Origin: Minisyncoccales bacterium
Lineage (GTDB): Bacteria; Patescibacteriota; Minisyncoccia; Minisyncoccales; RBG-13-42-11
Assembly (NCBI GenBank): GCA_049700655.1
Contig: JBNAUV010000001.1
Coordinates: forward strand, 551-64,550
Direction of reading: 5' to 3'
DNA length: 64,000 bases
Part shown: piece after piece, positions 1 to 11,031 of the stretch
Layout of the letters: every line of letters starts with the position of its first letter
How positions within the stretch are numbered: position 1 is the first letter of the stretch
Translations under genes and position numbers: made by a program
The notes under the pieces: model-generated
Database searches by the model: none
The model's input: the letters and a program-made list of their open reading frames with translations, nothing else
Told to the model about the DNA's origin: nothing

Positions 1-205
1 GGCTTCGTCAAACGAATTTGATGAAATCAAATCGTTTGTGGAAAAAATTGGAACGAACCGCCGCCTGCTGGACAGAAAACTGATTTTTGATTTTGTCCGT
101 CCCTTTGATTTAATCCTAAAATACAAAGAAAAATGGGAAGCGAGCCGAGCCGAAGGCGAGGCGAGCGAGCAAACATCTTTCCCAAAAAATAATGAAAGTT
201 GCATC

Positions 206-279
206 TGGTCGGGCTGCCGGGAATTGAACCCGGGTCGCACCCACCCCAAGGGTGTATACTACCGTTGTACTACAGCCCG
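206..279 (-). tRNA. tRNA-Pro (anticodon GGG), 3' CCA encoded
   Basis: Reverse complement reads CGGGCUG-UA-GUAC...CACCC-UUGGGGU-GGGUG...GGUUCAAUUCC...CAGCCCG-A-CCA. It has a 7-bp acceptor stem with C1:G72 (a Pro hallmark), anticodon loop UUGGGGU and a GGTTCAATTCC T-loop. Confidence 0.8.
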
Positions 280-510
280 TTTGGCAAGAATTATTTCTTT
301 TTTGCCAGCGCTTTAATACATTTAGTGCAGGCCTTGACTTTTTTGCCTGAAGGCAAAGTCACCCATTGGAGATTGGGATATTTGCGTCTTTTGGTTGTAG
401 GATTGTATTTGCCCCTTAATTTTTTCAGTCGCCAAACCAAGATTGATTTTTTACCGCATAAAGCGCAAACGCGTGACATACAATTTTATCTTAACTGTTT
501 TGTTAATTTT

Positions 511-539
511 TTGCAAGATATTTTTTGATATGTTATAAA
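511..539 (+). promoter_or_regulatory. sigma70-like promoter TTGCAA-17-TATAAA upstream of the M50 protease gene
   Basis: TTGCAA at 511-516, 17-nt spacer, TATAAA at 534-539, 17 nt before the ATG at 557. Confidence 0.4.
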
Positions 540-556
540 AATATATTATATATATT

Positions 557-1171
557 ATGGATGTGAGCATTATTTTTTATTTAATCATTTTAATTTTTTC
601 AGTTATCATTCACGAGATAGCGCACGGCAGTGTGGCCAATGTGCTTGGCGATCCAACAGCCAAAAACGCTGGCCGCTTGAGTTTAAATCCATTAAAGCAT
701 TTGGATTTTTTTGGCTCTTTTTTGGTGCCATTTTTTCTGATTATTTTGCAAAGCCCTGTTTTGATTGGCTGGGCCAAACCAGTGCCAATTAATCCTTTTA
801 ATTTTAAAAATCCTCAACGGGATGAAGTTAAAGTTGCTCTGGCTGGTCCTTTAGCCAATTTTTCCATAGCCCTAATTTTTGGTTTATTCATTAGATTTAT
901 TTCTTTGCCCGAACCGCTTTTAATCCTTTTTAGTTTTATTGTCGCGCTTAATTTAGTTTTGGCTATTTTTAATTTAATTCCTTTGCCGCCTTTAGATGGT
1001 TCGCATCTTCTTTTTTCTGTATTATCGCCAAAATTTAATAAAATTAAATTATTTTTGCATCAATATGGTTTGTTAATTCTTTTCTTTTTTATTTTTTTCT
1101 GTTTGTCATATGTTTTTCTTTTGGTTAGATGGATTTTTTTGTTAATTACCGGCCAACCCCTTGTCATCTGA
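557..1171 (+). CDS. site-2 protease family zinc metalloprotease (peptidase M50), small form without PDZ
   Basis: Polytopic membrane protein with an HEIAHG (HExxH) motif in the first TM region and a later LPLPPLDG motif, as in SpoIVFB/RseP-type intramembrane proteases. Confidence 0.7.
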   Translation: MDVSIIFYLIILIFSVIIHEIAHGSVANVLGDPTAKNAGRLSLNPLKHLDFFGSFLVPFFLIILQSPVLIGWAKPVPINPFNFKNPQRDEVKVALAGPLANFSIALIFGLFIRFISLPEPLLILFSFIVALNLVLAIFNLIPLPPLDGSHLLFSVLSPKFNKIKLFLHQYGLLILFFFIFFCLSYVFLLVRWIFLLITGQPLVI

Positions 1172-1291
1172 TTAAAATTATGTTAAATAGAATTTATTAT
1201 TTTAATTATGTGTCCAACAATTCATCAATTACCGAGCTGGCGCAGCTAGCAAGGGTACAGATAAACTTCATATAATACAAAATTATTATTT

Positions 1292-1702
1292 ATGCCCACT
1301 ATTCATCAGTTAATTAAAAAAGGCAGAAAGAAGTTGAAAGCGCGACCAAAAGCGCCGGCTTTAACTTTTGGCTTTAATGTTTTAAAAAATCGTCCAAAAG
1401 ATTTTTTTTCTCCTTTTAAAAAAGGAGTTTGTTTGAAAGTTTTTACCACCACACCCAAAAAACCCAATTCCGCCCTACGCAAAGTGGCGCGTGTTCGTTT
1501 GACCAATGGTATGGAAGTTACCGCTTATATTCCGGGCGAAGGCCATAATTTACAAGAACACGCAGTGGTTTTGGTGCGGGGCGGCCGGGTAAAAGATTTG
1601 CCGGGCGTGCGGTATCATATTGTCAGAGGTGTTTTAGATACGGCTGGCGTGGAGGGGAGAAAACAGCAGAGGTCAAAATATGGCGCTAAGAAAGAGAAAT
1701 AA
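1292..1702 (+). CDS. rpsL: 30S ribosomal protein S12
   Basis: [14 protein letters not shown]...[21 protein letters not shown]...[10 protein letters not shown]; about 12 aa are inserted relative to typical S12. Confidence 0.95.
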   Translation: MPTIHQLIKKGRKKLKARPKAPALTFGFNVLKNRPKDFFSPFKKGVCLKVFTTTPKKPNSALRKVARVRLTNGMEVTAYIPGEGHNLQEHAVVLVRGGRVKDLPGVRYHIVRGVLDTAGVEGRKQQRSKYGAKKEK

Positions 1703-1705
1703 TTT

Positions 1706-2176
1706 ATGGGAAAACAAAAAAAGAAATTTAAAAGAGAAATTTTGCCCGATCCGGTTTTTAATAATGTGATGGTTGCCAAATTTATCAATCAGGTGATGAG
1801 ACGCGGCAAAAAGACCATAGCGCGTAAAATTGTTTACGGCGCTTTTGCCATTATTAAAGAAAAAACCAAACAAGAGCCAGTGGAGGTTTTTGAGAAAGCC
1901 ATTAAAAATGTTTCTCCTTTGTTAGAAGTTAAACCTAAAAGAGTGGGCGGAGCCACTTATCAAGTGCCTTATGAAGTTAAAAAAGAAAGGGGTATAACTT
2001 TAGCCATGCGCTGGATAATTCAGGCTGCTAAATCAAAAAAAGGCAAACCAATGAAAAATAAATTGGCCGAAGAATTGATTTTGGCAGCGAAAAACGAAGG
2101 AGCGGCTATTAAAAAAAGAGAAGACACGCATCGTATGGCTGAAGCCAATCGGGCTTTTGCCCATTTTGCTTATTAA
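1706..2176 (+). CDS. rpsG: 30S ribosomal protein S7
   Basis: Conserved S7 sequence; lies between rpsL and fusA in the str operon. Confidence 0.95.
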   Translation: MGKQKKKFKREILPDPVFNNVMVAKFINQVMRRGKKTIARKIVYGAFAIIKEKTKQEPVEVFEKAIKNVSPLLEVKPKRVGGATYQVPYEVKKERGITLAMRWIIQAAKSKKGKPMKNKLAEELILAAKNEGAAIKKREDTHRMAEANRAFAHFAY

Positions 2177-2180
2177 AACT

Positions 2181-4295
2181 ATGCCTAGAAGTTATCCTAT
2201 AGAAAAATATCGGAATATCGGCATCATTGCCCATATTGACGCTGGTAAAACAACCGTGACGGAACGGATTCTTTTTTATACTGGCGTCTCTCATAAAATT
2301 GGCGAAGTCCATGAGGGCACGACTATTATGGATTGGATGGTGCAAGAAAGAGAAAGAGGTATTACCATTACTTCAGCTGCTACTACTTGTTTTTGGCGGC
2401 CAGTAGGTTTGGAGGATACTGATCCTAAAAAGAAAGAAGAATATCGGATTAATATTATTGATACGCCCGGCCATATTGATTTTACAGTTGAAGTACAGCG
2501 TTCTTTGCGAGTTTTAGATGGCGCAGTGGTTGTTTTTGATGGCGTGGCCGGCGTGGAACCGCAATCAGAAACTGTTTGGCGTCAGGCGGATAAATTTAAT
2601 GTGCCGCGCATTTGCTTTATTAATAAATTAGATCGAATGGGCGCTTCTTTTGAAAAAAGTTTAAATTCAATTTGGCAAAAACTTTCGCCCAATGCTGTGG
2701 CTTTGCAAATACCAGTGGGTGAAGAAGAAAATTTTCAGGGAGTGATTGATTTATTAACAATGAAAATGTACCGGTTTGAAGGCAATTATGGTGAGATAAT
2801 TAAAAAAGAAGAAATTCCCGCCTCTTTTTCAGAGAAAGCGCAAGAATGGCGGAAAAAATTAATTGAGAAGATAGTGGCTGAAGATGAAACTTTGTTAGAA
2901 AGATATTTGTCTGGCCAAGAAATTGCGGTTAGTGAATTGAGAAGAATTTTAAGACAAGCCACGCTTAATTATAAACTAATTCCGGTTTTCTGCGGTTCTG
3001 CTTTAAAAAATAAAGGCGTCCAATTAATGTTGGATGGCGTTGTTTTTTATTTGCCCAGCCCAATAGATTTGCCGGCTATTAAAGGGACTAATCCGAAAAC
3101 TGGCGAGACGGTGGAAATTAAACCTTTAGACACCGAACCTTTTTGCGCTTTGGCTTTTAAAATAGCCGCTGACCCGTATGTCGGCACTTTGACTTATTTT
3201 CGGGTCTATGCTGGCTATCTAAAAAAAGGCTCCTATGTTTTAAATACCACCAGCGGTGAAAAAGAAAGAATTGGCCGAATTTTAAGAATGCACGCCAATC
3301 AAAGAGAAGAAGTGGAAGAAGTTTTTGCTGGTGATATTGCGGCCACAGTTGGTTTAAAAAATACTTCTACTGGCCACACGCTTTGCAGCGAAGACCGACT
3401 AGTTGTTTTAGAAAGCATCACTTTTCCTGAACCAGTTATTTCAATTAAAATTGAGCCGAAAACCAAGGCTGACCAGGAGAAGTTAAGCGTGGCTTTAAGA
3501 AAATTAATGGAAGAAGATCCAACTTTTAAAGTTAAAGGAGATTTGGAAACAGGCGAAACCATTATTTCTGGCATGGGCGAATTGCATTTAGAAATTATTA
3601 CTGATCGGCTAAAAAGAGAATTTAAGGTAGAAGCCAATGTTGGCCGGCCACAAGTGGCTTATAAAGAAACCATTAAAGAAACAGCTGAAGCAGAGGGAAA
3701 GTATATTCGTCAGTCAGGCGGCCGCGGTCAATATGGCCATGTTTGGTTGAGAATTAACCCAAAAGAAAGAGGCGCTGGTTTTGAATTTGTTGATGAAATA
3801 AAAGGCGGTATTATTCCCAAAGAATTTATTCCAGCCGTGGAAAAAGGCGTTAAAGAAGCCATGAGTAAAGGCGTTTTGGCTGGTTATCCTTTAGTTGATT
3901 TTAAGGCTACGCTTTACGATGGTTCTTTTCATGAAGTTGATTCTTCTGAAATGGCTTTTAAAATCGCTGGCTCAATTGCTTTTCAAGAAGCAGCCAAAAA
4001 AGCCAAACCTGTTTTATTAGAACCGATTATGAAATTAGAAGTGATTATACCAGCTGAATTCTTTGGCGATGTGATTGGCGATTTATCAGCCCGGCGCGGC
4101 AAAATTGAAGAAACAAAAGATAGATTGCAAATGAAGGTGATTGACGCTAAAGTGCCTTTAGCCGAAATGTTTGGTTACGCCACTACTTTAAGAAGCTTGA
4201 CCGAAGGCCGAGGAACTTTTACAATGGAATTTGATCATTATGGCGAAGTGCCGGCTAATATTGCCCAAGAGATAATTGAGGGAAAACGAAAATAA
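2181..4295 (+). CDS. fusA: elongation factor G
   Basis: [17 protein letters not shown] and NKLDR GTPase motifs, plus EF-G domains II-V. Start taken at the ATG at 2181 ([15 protein letters not shown]), just after the rpsG stop. Confidence 0.95.
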   Translation: MPRSYPIEKYRNIGIIAHIDAGKTTVTERILFYTGVSHKIGEVHEGTTIMDWMVQERERGITITSAATTCFWRPVGLEDTDPKKKEEYRINIIDTPGHIDFTVEVQRSLRVLDGAVVVFDGVAGVEPQSETVWRQADKFNVPRICFINKLDRMGASFEKSLNSIWQKLSPNAVALQIPVGEEENFQGVIDLLTMKMYRFEGNYGEIIKKEEIPASFSEKAQEWRKKLIEKIVAEDETLLERYLSGQEIAVSELRRILRQATLNYKLIPVFCGSALKNKGVQLMLDGVVFYLPSPIDLPAIKGTNPKTGETVEIKPLDTEPFCALAFKIAADPYVGTLTYFRVYAGYLKKGSYVLNTTSGEKERIGRILRMHANQREEVEEVFAGDIAATVGLKNTSTGHTLCSEDRLVVLESITFPEPVISIKIEPKTKADQEKLSVALRKLMEEDPTFKVKGDLETGETIISGMGELHLEIITDRLKREFKVEANVGRPQVAYKETIKETAEAEGKYIRQSGGRGQYGHVWLRINPKERGAGFEFVDEIKGGIIPKEFIPAVEKGVKEAMSKGVLAGYPLVDFKATLYDGSFHEVDSSEMAFKIAGSIAFQEAAKKAKPVLLEPIMKLEVIIPAEFFGDVIGDLSARRGKIEETKDRLQMKVIDAKVPLAEMFGYATTLRSLTEGRGTFTMEFDHYGEVPANIAQEIIEGKRK

Positions 4296-4309
4296 TCCAC
4301 AATTAAAAG

Positions 4310-4337
4310 TTGACTTATTTTTTGAGTTAGATAAAAT
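4310..4337 (+). promoter_or_regulatory. candidate promoter TTGACT-16-TAAAAT in the fusA-tuf spacer
   Basis: TTGACT at 4310-4315 and TAAAAT at 4332-4337, followed by an ~80-nt AT-rich leader before the tuf ATG. Confidence 0.35.
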
Positions 4338-4386
4338 AATAATTATTAATTAAAATCAAAAGTTAAAAAGGTTAAAAAAAATAAAA

Positions 4387-4414
4387 ATTAATAATTTAAA
4401 ATTAATAATTTAAA
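4387..4414 (+). repeat. perfect 14-nt tandem duplication (ATTAATAATTTAAA x2) immediately upstream of the tuf start codon
   Basis: Copies at 4387-4400 and 4401-4414; the ATG is at 4418. Confidence 0.8.
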
Positions 4415-4417
4415 ACT

Positions 4418-5617
4418 ATGGCAGAAAAAGAAAAATTTATTAGAGAAAAAACCCATATTAATATTGGGTCTATTGGCCATGTTGACCATGGCAAAACAAC
4501 TTTAACCGCGGCCGTGCTTAAAATTCAGTCATTAGCTGGATTTAAATCAAGCCAAAAATCAGTTGATGAAATTGATTCAGCGCCAGAAGAGAAAGCGCGC
4601 GGTTTAACTATTAATGTAACACATGTTGAATTTGAATCAGCTAAGAGACACTATGCTTGGATTGATTGTCCGGGCCACGCTGATTATATTAAAAACATGA
4701 TTACAGGCGCGGCTCAAATGGATGGAGCAATTTTGGTTGTTTCCGCGCCCGATGGACCAATGCCGCAAACCAGAGAGCATATTCTTTTGGCTCGCCAAGT
4801 TGGCTTGCCGGCTTTGGTTGTTTTTCTTAACAAATGCGATATGGTTGATGATCCAGAAATGATTTCTTTGGTTGAATCAGAGGTGAGAGAATTATTAAAG
4901 AAATATAATTTCCCGGGCGATAAAACCCCCATTATTAAAGGTTCAGCCCTAAAGGCTTTAGAAGTAAAATCAATTGATGATGAAGCGGCTAAACCAATTT
5001 TAGAATTGGTTAAAGCCATTGATGAATATATTCCTGAACCGGTTCGTGAGACTGATAAGCCATTTTTAATGGCTATTGAAGACGTATTTTCAATCGCTGG
5101 TCGGGGCACTGTAGCCACTGGTCGAATTGAGCGAGGCGTTATTCGTCCTAACGAAGAAGTGGAATTAGTGGGTCTTAGACCAACCAGTAAAACTATTGCG
5201 GTCAGCATTGAAATGTTTAATAAAATATTAGATGAAGGCCGGGCCGGCGATAATGTTGGTATTTTATTGAGAGGTTTAAAGAAAGAAGAAGTAGAACGCG
5301 GTCAGGTTTTAGCCAAACCCGGTTCTATTACTCCCCATACTGAATTTGAAGGAGAAGTTTATGTTTTAACCAAAGAAGAGGGTGGTCGGCATACGCCATT
5401 CTTTAATGGTTATAAGCCGCAACTTTATTTCCGAACCACCGATGTGACTGGCGAGGTTACTTTGCCAGAGGGCACAGAAATGGTTATGCCCGGCGATACA
5501 GTTAATTTGAAAATTAAATTGATTGCGCCGATTGCTATGGAAGAGAAACAAAGATTTGCTATTCGTGAAGGCGGTAAGACAGTGGGCGCAGGAGTTGTGA
5601 CCAAAATAATTAAATAA
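4418..5617 (+). CDS. tuf: elongation factor Tu
   Basis: [18 protein letters not shown] and NKCD motifs; 399 aa. Confidence 0.97.
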   Translation: MAEKEKFIREKTHINIGSIGHVDHGKTTLTAAVLKIQSLAGFKSSQKSVDEIDSAPEEKARGLTINVTHVEFESAKRHYAWIDCPGHADYIKNMITGAAQMDGAILVVSAPDGPMPQTREHILLARQVGLPALVVFLNKCDMVDDPEMISLVESEVRELLKKYNFPGDKTPIIKGSALKALEVKSIDDEAAKPILELVKAIDEYIPEPVRETDKPFLMAIEDVFSIAGRGTVATGRIERGVIRPNEEVELVGLRPTSKTIAVSIEMFNKILDEGRAGDNVGILLRGLKKEEVERGQVLAKPGSITPHTEFEGEVYVLTKEEGGRHTPFFNGYKPQLYFRTTDVTGEVTLPEGTEMVMPGDTVNLKIKLIAPIAMEEKQRFAIREGGKTVGAGVVTKIIK

Positions 5618-5673
5618 ATAATAAACATTAAATTTATTTATTATTTAACTGTTGTTTTTTAAAAAAATTTAAG

Positions 5674-6015
5674 ATGCCCCAAAAGAAAGTTACAGCAACC
5701 AAAGAAGAGATAAAACCGAAAATTAGAATAAAATTAAAAGCCTTTGATCATAAGGTAATTGATAATTCAACAAAGCAAATTGTTGAAGCAGTCTTGCGTT
5801 ATGGGGCTGAAATTTCTGGTCCAGTTCCTCTGCCGACCGAAATTCATAAATACACTGTTAACCGTTCCTCTTTTGTTCATAAAGACAGCCGCGAGCAGTT
5901 TGAGATGAGGATTCATAAGAGATTGATTGATATTCTCAACCCCAACCCAAAAATAATTGATGCCCTGATGAATTTAAATTTACCAGCCGGGGTAGATGTA
6001 GAAATAAAGATGTAA
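5674..6015 (+). CDS. rpsJ: 30S ribosomal protein S10
   Basis: [14 protein letters not shown]...[20 protein letters not shown]. Confidence 0.95.
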   Translation: MPQKKVTATKEEIKPKIRIKLKAFDHKVIDNSTKQIVEAVLRYGAEISGPVPLPTEIHKYTVNRSSFVHKDSREQFEMRIHKRLIDILNPNPKIIDALMNLNLPAGVDVEIKM

Positions 6016-6095
6016 TTTTTATTGACACATTTCTAAATAAAATGTTAGTATTAAATTAATTCAATAATAAAAATTAAAATAGCCATTAGGCATTT

Positions 6096-6120
6096 AAAGC
6101 CGGGCTATTGCCCGGTTTTG
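6096..6120 (+). terminator. GC-rich hairpin with a 4-U tail between rpsJ and rplC (attenuator or weak intrinsic terminator)
   Basis: aaagCCGGGC-tatt-GCCCGGtttt: a 6-bp GC stem extended by A/U pairing, 4-nt loop, then TTTT. It overlaps the upstream ATG (6108) of the six-frame rplC ORF. Confidence 0.4.
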
Positions 6121-6131
6121 TATTAGAAAAA

Positions 6132-6728
6132 ATGAAATTCATTTTAGGTAAAAAATTAGGCATGTCGCAAATTTTTCAGGAGGATGGAAAGGTTATACCA
6201 GTAACTTTAATTGAAGCTGGCCCTTGTTTTGTTACCCAAATAAAAAATAAAGACAAAGATAAATATGAAGCTGTGCAGATTGGATTTATTAAAAAAACAA
6301 AAAAAATAAAGAAAAGCGAACAAGAAAAACCATTTAAATATTTAAAAGAATTTAGGGGCGAGGGTATAGATATTACCAAGTATAAAGTTGGCGATCAGAT
6401 TGATGTGGCAATTTTTAAAGAGGGCGATCGGGTAAAAATTTCTGGAATTTCAAAAGGTAAGGGTTTTCAAGGCGCAGTAAAAAGATGGGGTTTTGCTGGT
6501 CGGGGAAGCAGTCATGGCGTTAAACATGAACATCGAACCATTGGTTCGGTTGGTTCAAGATTTCCGCAGCGAGTGGTCAAAGGCAGAAAAATGCCCGGCC
6601 GCATGGGCAGTGAAAGAATAACGATAAGCAATTTACAAATTGTTAAGGTTGATAAAGAAAATAATTTATTAGCCGTTAAAGGCGCCGTGCCCGGCAATCA
6701 GGGGGCTTTATTAGAAATAAAAGGATAA
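6132..6728 (+). CDS. rplC: 50S ribosomal protein L3
   Basis: MKFILGKKLGMSQIF...; start placed at 6132, downstream of the hairpin, rather than at 6108. Confidence 0.9.
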   Translation: MKFILGKKLGMSQIFQEDGKVIPVTLIEAGPCFVTQIKNKDKDKYEAVQIGFIKKTKKIKKSEQEKPFKYLKEFRGEGIDITKYKVGDQIDVAIFKEGDRVKISGISKGKGFQGAVKRWGFAGRGSSHGVKHEHRTIGSVGSRFPQRVVKGRKMPGRMGSERITISNLQIVKVDKENNLLAVKGAVPGNQGALLEIKG

Positions 6729-6734
6729 TTATTT

Positions 6735-7370
6735 ATGAAAATTGTAATTTACAATACAGAAGGAAAAGAAGTTGATACTTTGACACTGCCCAAGGATATT
6801 TTTGATGTTAAAATAAATGAAGATTTAATTTATCAGGTAGTGACAGCGCAACAAGCCAACCGTCGGCAAGGAACAGTTCAGACCAAAGGACGGGGCGAAG
6901 TGCGTGGCGGCGGGAAAAAGCCATGGCGTCAAAAAGGGACAGGTCGAGCGAGGGTTGGTTCAATTCGTTCACCCTTATGGCGCGGCGGCGGTGTCACTTT
7001 TGGCCCAACAAAAGAAAAAGTTTATAAAAAGAAAATTTCCAAACAAATGAGACGCCAGGCGCTTTTAATGACTTTATCCGCTAAAGCAAAAAATAATTTA
7101 TTAGTTTTATTAGACCAGTTGAAATTAGAAAAAATTAAAACGAAAATAATAGCCGATATCTTGAAAAAATTGCCTTGCCAAAACAAAAGTACGCTTTTGG
7201 TGACGCCTGCTTACGACAAAACAATTGTTTTATCAACTAGAAATTTACCCAAGGTTCAGATCATGCCAGCCAAAGATTTGAATGCTTTAGATGTGCTTTC
7301 TTTTAAATATTTAGTTATGACAGCCGAGGCAATTAAGGTAATTAAAGAAACATTTTTAAAACAAAAATAG
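6735..7370 (+). CDS. rplD: 50S ribosomal protein L4
   Basis: Conserved L4 sequence (RQGT...KPWRQKGTGRAR). Confidence 0.93.
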   Translation: MKIVIYNTEGKEVDTLTLPKDIFDVKINEDLIYQVVTAQQANRRQGTVQTKGRGEVRGGGKKPWRQKGTGRARVGSIRSPLWRGGGVTFGPTKEKVYKKKISKQMRRQALLMTLSAKAKNNLLVLLDQLKLEKIKTKIIADILKKLPCQNKSTLLVTPAYDKTIVLSTRNLPKVQIMPAKDLNALDVLSFKYLVMTAEAIKVIKETFLKQK

Positions 7371-7373
7371 TTT

Positions 7374-7796
7374 ATGGCTATCTTTAATATTTTTAAAAAG
7401 AAAATAAGAAAAAAGGAGGAGAAAAAAGAAATAAAAAAAGAGCAGGCCCAGAAATTAACAGCCGAGCAAACAACATTGGCCGGTCAACCAAAAATTAAAA
7501 AAGAAACCGATTTTGCTGAAGGATATAAAATTATTAAAAGCCCCCATATTACTGAAAAGGCGAGCGATTTAACTGAAACGAATCAGTATGTGTTTAAAGT
7601 TTTTTCTCAAGCCAATAAGATTCAGATTAAAAAAGCAGTTGAAAAGAAATATGGGGTTAATGTAGAAAAAATAAGAATTATTAATGTGCCCAGCAAAAGA
7701 AGACGAATGGGCAGAATTGTTGGAGCAAGGCAGGGCTATAAAAAAGCTATTGTTGAGATTAAAAAAGGACAAAAAATTGAGATATTACCACGATAA
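7374..7796 (+). CDS. rplW: 50S ribosomal protein L23 with an ~45-aa K/E-rich N-terminal extension
   Basis: L23 core in the C-terminal 95 aa ([11 protein letters not shown]...), located between rplD and rplB. Confidence 0.9.
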   Translation: MAIFNIFKKKIRKKEEKKEIKKEQAQKLTAEQTTLAGQPKIKKETDFAEGYKIIKSPHITEKASDLTETNQYVFKVFSQANKIQIKKAVEKKYGVNVEKIRIINVPSKRRRMGRIVGARQGYKKAIVEIKKGQKIEILPR

Positions 7797-7801
7797 ATTT
7801 T

Positions 7802-8581
7802 ATGACTTATCAATTATTAAATAAAAAGAAACCAGAGAAAAAATTATTGCTTCCCTTAAAGAAAAAAGCGGGCCGGGCATCTTCTGGTAGAATTACAGTG
7901 CGGCATCGGGGTGGCGGGGTGAAGCGTCTTTATCGTTTGATTGATTTTGGTCAGGAAAAACTTAACATCCCGGCTGAGGTAAAAGCAATTGAATATGATC
8001 CTAACCGGACCGCTTTTATTTGTCTTTTAGAATATGAGGATGGCGACAAGAGATATCAACTTTGTCCCCAAGAAGTAAAAGTTGGAGATAAGATTATTTG
8101 CGCGGAGAAAACTGAAATAAAACCAGGCAATCGGTTGAAATTGAAATATATACCAGTTGGGACACCGGTTTATAATGTGGAATTAATGCCCAATCAAGGC
8201 GGAAAATTAATTCGGAGCGCCGGAGCCTCAGCCACGGTTTTAGCGCAGGAAGGAAAATATACGCATTTGGTTTTGCCATCTTCAGAAACAAGAAAAATTT
8301 TAAATGAATGTTATGCTTCCATTGGTCGAATTTCTTTTCCTGAACACCGTTTTATAGAAATAAAGAAAGCCGGTCGAGTTAGATTAAAAGGTCGTCGACC
8401 GCAAGTGCGCGGTTCAGCCATGAATCCCTGCGATCATCCCCATGGCGGCGGCGAAGGCAGGGCGCCGATTGGTTTAAAACATCCTAAAACCCCTTGGGGC
8501 AAACCAGCTTTGGGAGTGAAGACGAGAAAAAAGAAATGGACAGATAAATTAATAATTCAACGGAGAGTAAAGAAAAAATAA
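7802..8581 (+). CDS. rplB: 50S ribosomal protein L2
   Basis: GRNxxGxITxRHRGGG and [15 protein letters not shown] motifs. Confidence 0.95.
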   Translation: MTYQLLNKKKPEKKLLLPLKKKAGRASSGRITVRHRGGGVKRLYRLIDFGQEKLNIPAEVKAIEYDPNRTAFICLLEYEDGDKRYQLCPQEVKVGDKIICAEKTEIKPGNRLKLKYIPVGTPVYNVELMPNQGGKLIRSAGASATVLAQEGKYTHLVLPSSETRKILNECYASIGRISFPEHRFIEIKKAGRVRLKGRRPQVRGSAMNPCDHPHGGGEGRAPIGLKHPKTPWGKPALGVKTRKKKWTDKLIIQRRVKKK

Positions 8582-8593
8582 TTTTTAAAAAGT

Positions 8594-8911
8594 ATGGCCA
8601 GATCAATTAAAAAAGGTCCTTTTGTTGATGAAAGCCTTTTAAGAAAAATTAAAAAAGCTAAACCCGGCGAGATAATTAAGACTTGGTCGAGACGATCAAT
8701 TATTACACCAGAGATGGTTGGTCTTGTTTTTGGCGTACATAATGGTAAAGAATTTATTACTGTCAAGGTGACTGAAAGTATGGTTGGTCATAAATTGGGT
8801 GAATTTTCGCCAACAACCAAATTTGTCCGGCATGGCGGCAAGATGCAACGAGAATTAGAAGCCAAAGCAAAAGAACAGGAAAAACAAAAAACAACAACAG
8901 AAACAAAGTAA
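8594..8911 (+). CDS. rpsS: 30S ribosomal protein S19
   Basis: [12 protein letters not shown]...GHKLGEF. Confidence 0.95.
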   Translation: MARSIKKGPFVDESLLRKIKKAKPGEIIKTWSRRSIITPEMVGLVFGVHNGKEFITVKVTESMVGHKLGEFSPTTKFVRHGGKMQRELEAKAKEQEKQKTTTETK

Positions 8912-8928
8912 AACCGATTAATTAAATT

Positions 8929-9456
8929 ATGCCAAGCAGTATTGCCAAATTAAATTACTTAAGAATATCTCCGCGCAAAGTAAGATTGGTGGCTGATTTA
9001 ATTCGAGGCAAATCAGTGAAGGAAGCCAGGGCTATTTTAAATTTTGTTATTAAAAAGCCAACCCTGCCTTTATTAAAACTTTTAAACCAAGCCGTGGCCA
9101 ATGCGCAACACAATTTTCATTTAGAACCAGATAATTTATATATTTCTAAAATAATTGTTAATGAAGGCCCAAAATTGAAAAGATGGCGGCCACGAGCTCG
9201 CGGTCAGGTTTATGAAATTCAGAAGAAAACTTCTCATATTACTTTAGTTTTGGATGAAATACCGGCAGAGAAAAAGAAGAAAATTATACAAAAACAGAAA
9301 GAATCGACAGAGGTCGTTGAGAAAGAAATAAAAGAAGAAAAAAAGGAAATTAAAACAAAAAAGAAAACGATTAAGCCAAAATTAAAAACAGAAAAACAGG
9401 CAAAACCAAAAATAGAAAAAACAATTAAAAAAATTTTTAGAAGAAAATCTTTTTAA
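8929..9456 (+). CDS. rplV: 50S ribosomal protein L22 with an ~60-aa K/E-rich C-terminal extension
   Basis: L22 core (ISPRKVRLVADLIRGK...), then a low-complexity lysine-rich tail. Confidence 0.9.
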   Translation: MPSSIAKLNYLRISPRKVRLVADLIRGKSVKEARAILNFVIKKPTLPLLKLLNQAVANAQHNFHLEPDNLYISKIIVNEGPKLKRWRPRARGQVYEIQKKTSHITLVLDEIPAEKKKKIIQKQKESTEVVEKEIKEEKKEIKTKKKTIKPKLKTEKQAKPKIEKTIKKIFRRKSF

Positions 9457-9461
9457 AGAGT

Positions 9462-10112
9462 ATGGCTCATAAAGTTCATCCCAAAGCGTTTCGTTTACAA
9501 AAATTAGAAAATTGGCTTTCACGCTGGTTTGAGAAGAGAAAATTAGCCGATTATTTGGAAGAAGATTTTATGATTAGAGAATTTTTAGAGAAAAAAATCG
9601 GCCAATTAGGCGTAGAAAAAATTGAAATTGAGCGATCGGCTAATAAAATAAACATAATTATTTCCACAGCCCGGCCCGGTTTGCTTATTGGTCGCAGCGG
9701 TCGGGGAGTTGAGGAATTAAAGAAACAATTAGTAAATCGAGTTATTAAGAAAGAGACAGGCGGACCAAAAGAAGTGAAAATTGAAATTAGAGAATTAAAA
9801 GATGTTTGGTCATCAGCTGTTTTATTAGCCAAACACATGGCTCAACAAATTGAAAAAAGGACGCCTTATCGTCGTGTTTTAAAACAAGCTTTGGCCAAAG
9901 CCATGTCATCAAAACAGGTAAAGGGTGTTCGAGTAGAAGTGGCTGGCCGACTGGATGGCAATGAAATCGCTCGTCGCGAATGGTTGCAAAAAGGCAGATT
10001 GCCGCGACAAACAATTCGAGCGGATATTGATTTTGCCCAAGCAACAGCTTATTGTAGCTATGGCACAGTTGGCGTAAAAGTTTGGATTTATAAGGGAGAA
10101 AAATTTGAATAA
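9462..10112 (+). CDS. rpsC: 30S ribosomal protein S3
   Basis: KH domain and S3 C-terminal domain (GRLDGNEIARREW). Confidence 0.95.
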   Translation: MAHKVHPKAFRLQKLENWLSRWFEKRKLADYLEEDFMIREFLEKKIGQLGVEKIEIERSANKINIIISTARPGLLIGRSGRGVEELKKQLVNRVIKKETGGPKEVKIEIRELKDVWSSAVLLAKHMAQQIEKRTPYRRVLKQALAKAMSSKQVKGVRVEVAGRLDGNEIARREWLQKGRLPRQTIRADIDFAQATAYCSYGTVGVKVWIYKGEKFE

Positions 10113-10139
10113 TTAAACAAAAATTAAAAATTAATTGTT

Positions 10140-10553
10140 ATGGCGATTTTAATGCCCAAAAAAGTAAAACACCGCAAATGGCAAAAAGGTCGTTCCAAAG
10201 GGAAAGAAACTCGTGGTAATTTTTTGGCTTTTGGCGCTTTTGGTTTAATGTCTTTAAGCACTCGCTGGATTTCGGCTCGTCAGATTGAAGCGGCCCGCAG
10301 GACAATTTTGCGATATTTGAAAAAAAAGGGTAAACTTTGGATTAGAATTTTTCCTGATAAACCAGTAACCCAAAAAGGAACCGAAGTGCCTATGGGTGGC
10401 GGCAAAGGTAGCGTTGATCATTATGTTTTTCCTATAAAACCGGGAAGAATTATTTTTGAATTAGATGGAGTAGAAGAGGAGGTAGCGCGGGAAGCCCTAG
10501 AAAAGGCCTCGGATAAACTGCCAATTAAGACAAAATTTATTAGAAGAAAATAA
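10140..10553 (+). CDS. rplP: 50S ribosomal protein L16
   Basis: [15 protein letters not shown]...; alternative start at 10152. Confidence 0.93.
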   Translation: MAILMPKKVKHRKWQKGRSKGKETRGNFLAFGAFGLMSLSTRWISARQIEAARRTILRYLKKKGKLWIRIFPDKPVTQKGTEVPMGGGKGSVDHYVFPIKPGRIIFELDGVEEEVAREALEKASDKLPIKTKFIRRK

Positions 10554-10574
10554 TTAATTAAATAATTTCTGTTT

Positions 10575-10787
10575 ATGAAAATAAAGATGACCGAATGGCG
10601 CAAAAAATCAAAAATAGAGTTGGAGAGAATATTAAAAGATAATAGAAAGAAATTGCAACAATTACGGTTTGATTTGGCTGCTGGAAAAGTGAAAAATGTA
10701 AAGGAGATTCGTTGGCTTAAGAAAGAAATTGCTCGAATTTTGACCTTGCTTAATGAATTGACAAAAAAAGAAAAAAATAAACAATAA
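10575..10787 (+). CDS. rpmC: 50S ribosomal protein L29
   Basis: 70-aa helical protein between rplP and rpsQ; [18 protein letters not shown] pattern. Confidence 0.85.
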   Translation: MKIKMTEWRKKSKIELERILKDNRKKLQQLRFDLAAGKVKNVKEIRWLKKEIARILTLLNELTKKEKNKQ

Positions 10788-10791
10788 ATTT

Positions 10792-11022
10792 ATGAAGAAA
10801 AAATTAATCGGCACCATTGTTTCTAATAAAATGAATAAAACAGTTGTGGTTGAGGTAGAACGACTTAAGGAACATCCTAAATATAAAAAAAGATTTAAGG
10901 TGCATAAAAAATATCATGCTCATGTTGAAACCGGTGAATATCAGGTGGGCGATAGGGTTATTATTGAGGAATGTCGGCCATTAAGCAAAACAAAAAAGTG
11001 GCGGGTAATAAGTAAGGTTTAA
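10792..11022 (+). CDS. rpsQ: 30S ribosomal protein S17
   Basis: [18 protein letters not shown]... Confidence 0.93.
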   Translation: MKKKLIGTIVSNKMNKTVVVEVERLKEHPKYKKRFKVHKKYHAHVETGEYQVGDRVIIEECRPLSKTKKWRVISKV

Positions 11023-11031
11023 TTTTAAAAT

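Noticed and set aside
38-528. Six-frame ORFs 38-316 (+), 199-528 (+) and 291-479 (-) at the left end.
   Set aside because: They overlap the clearly folded tRNA-Pro gene (206-279, minus) and show low-complexity composition (a gcgag-rich patch). They are treated as spurious, and the region as non-coding plus tRNA.
2157-2180. Upstream extension of fusA (MPILLIKT) from the six-frame track.
   Set aside because: It overlaps the rpsG 3' end. The conserved EF-G N-terminus begins at the ATG at 2181. The same logic was applied to rplC (6108 vs 6132), gyrB (42048 vs 42093), alaS (21303 vs 21339) and miaB (53988 vs 53976).
3299-5628. Antisense ORFs inside fusA and tuf (3299-3637, 4714-5208, 5366-5551 and 5425-5628, all minus).
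   Set aside because: They are shadow ORFs opposite highly conserved genes, with no independent signals and low-complexity translations. The same applies to all other small antisense or alternative-frame ORFs in the track (for example 6176-6379, 9551-10044, 35297-35609, 36914-37308, 41568-41876, 43004-43512, 59439-59719 and 63730-63999).
5616-5660. A/T-only inverted repeat (AAATAATAAA...TTTATTATTT) after the tuf stop, considered as a terminator.
   Set aside because: The stem is entirely A:U and the U-run is separated from it by 8 nt. That is too weak to call an intrinsic terminator with confidence.
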